Source: Candidatus Effluviviaceae Genus I sp. (lineage in GTDB: Bacteria; Joyebacterota; Joyebacteria; Joyebacterales; Joyebacteraceae). Taken from it: a DNA stretch of 64,000 nt. Position numbers and translations under genes: made by a program. The DNA is taken from contig VGIX01000001.1 in the NCBI GenBank assembly GCA_016867725.1, forward strand, positions 99,575 through 163,574, written 5' to 3'. Under the pieces are notes generated by a model. The model had not been told where the DNA came from. It did not search any database and was given only the letters and a program-made list of their open reading frames with translations. Numbering within the stretch: position 1 is the stretch's first letter; each line of letters begins with the position of its first letter. Below are positions 63,315 through 64,000 of this stretch, in pieces.

Positions 63315-64000
63315 TCAGACCCCCGACAGCGTCTTCTCGATCTTCGCCCACGTGTCCTTGAGAGACACCGTCCTGTTGAAGACCGGTGACCCCGGCCTCG
63401 AGTCCTTCGTGTCAACGCAGAAGTAGCCGTGCCGCAGGAACTGGAAGCGCTCGCCGGGCAGCGCGCCGGCCAGAGAGGGCTCGACGCGGCACCCCGTGAG
63501 CCTCGTCAGGGAGCGCGGGTTCAGCCGCTCGATGAAGTCGGCCGGAGGCGGCGCGCCGGGATCGTCCTCGAGAAGCAGGTGGTCGAAGAGCCTCACCTCC
63601 GCCTCGGCGGAGTGCTCCGCCGACACCCAGTGCAGGGTGCCCCGCACCTTTCGCCCGTCCGGCGCCTCACCTCCCCGCGAGGCGGGGTCGTGCTCGCAGT
63701 GAAGCTCGACGACCTCGCCCGTTCGCTCGTCTTTCACCACGCGGGTGCAGGTCACAAGGTAGGCGTGCTTGAGCCTCACCTCGCGCCCCGGCGCCATCCG
63801 GAAGAACTGCTTCGGCGGGTCCTCGCGGAAGTCGTCCCGCTCGACGAACAGAACGCGCGAGAACGGCACGCGGCGCGTCCCGGCGTCCGGCAACTCAGGG
63901 TTGTTGACGGCCTCGAGCTCCTCGACCTTGCCGTCGGGGTAGTTGTCGATGACCAGGCGTAGGGGACGCAGCACCGCCATCGAGCGCGGCGCGGTCAGGT
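63315..64000 (-). CDS. glnS: Glutaminyl-tRNA synthetase, C-terminal anticodon-binding portion; the 5' end lies beyond the window
   Basis: ...[11 protein letters not shown]...[11 protein letters not shown]...[16 protein letters not shown] closely parallels the E. coli GlnRS C-terminus (FNRTVGLRDTWAKV); the frame stays open to the window end. Confidence 0.8.
   Translation of the reverse strand, partial: LTAPRSMAVLRPLRLVIDNYPDGKVEELEAVNNPELPDAGTRRVPFSRVLFVERDDFREDPPKQFFRMAPGREVRLKHAYLVTCTRVVKDERTGEVVELHCEHDPASRGGEAPDGRKVRGTLHWVSAEHSAEAEVRLFDHLLLEDDPGAPPPADFIERLNPRSLTRLTGCRVEPSLAGALPGERFQFLRHGYFCVDTKDSRPGSPVFNRTVSLKDTWAKIEKTLSGV

Overview
This window is about 70% GC and almost entirely one large minus-strand gene array: 62 of 64 kb are coded on the minus strand, with the only plus-strand genes at 49792..52252. 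It appears to be chromosomal core DNA from an FCB-group-like bacterium (inference). The supporting signs are T9SS-type C-terminal sorting domains, an adjacent PorX-like (response regulator with PglZ domain) and PorY-like histidine kinase pair, LptD, and high GC. That pattern would fit a Gemmatimonadota-like lineage or a related candidate phylum.

Recognisable housekeeping genes, in coordinate order: selD (partial), glmS, glmM, pyrR, ecfA1/ecfA2, dus, ctpA, tmk, ino1 plus a CDP-alcohol phosphatidyltransferase, rsmI, recJ, an SPFH/NfeD pair, a GCS2-family ligase, hup, lptD, a ROK glucokinase, an orphan MsmX-like ABC ATPase, folC, accD, a purine nucleoside phosphorylase, rimI, tsaB, tsaE and serS. 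A Wzx/Wzy-type polysaccharide locus spans 34.7..48.5 kb (wecA-like, epimerase, a 1105-aa tri-domain glycosyltransferase, Wzy/ligase, Wzx, Wzz, Wza, a cupin, ugd).

The most interesting part is 52.3..63.3 kb, an extracytoplasmic thiol-redox island. It holds two TlpA-like oxidoreductases, trxA behind an ArsR-family regulator, an outer-membrane beta-barrel with a C-terminal CxxxxC, and a lipoprotein with a thioredoxin-fold CxxC domain. Its paralog carries an in-frame TGA exactly at the first Cys of that motif (UxxC), so it is a predicted selenoprotein, and it ends in a T9SS C-terminal sorting domain. An M14 carboxypeptidase with a T9SS sorting domain follows it. SelD at the window start also carries an in-frame TGA at the catalytic Cys position, so it too is a predicted selenoprotein. 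The ORF track missed both selenoproteins because it stops at TGA.

Near-consensus sigma70-like promoters (TTGACA/TTGACC, 17-nt spacer, TATAAT) sit in AT-rich intergenic islands upstream of arsR-trxA and the tlpA operon. I saw no mobile elements, CRISPR arrays, rRNA or tRNA genes.
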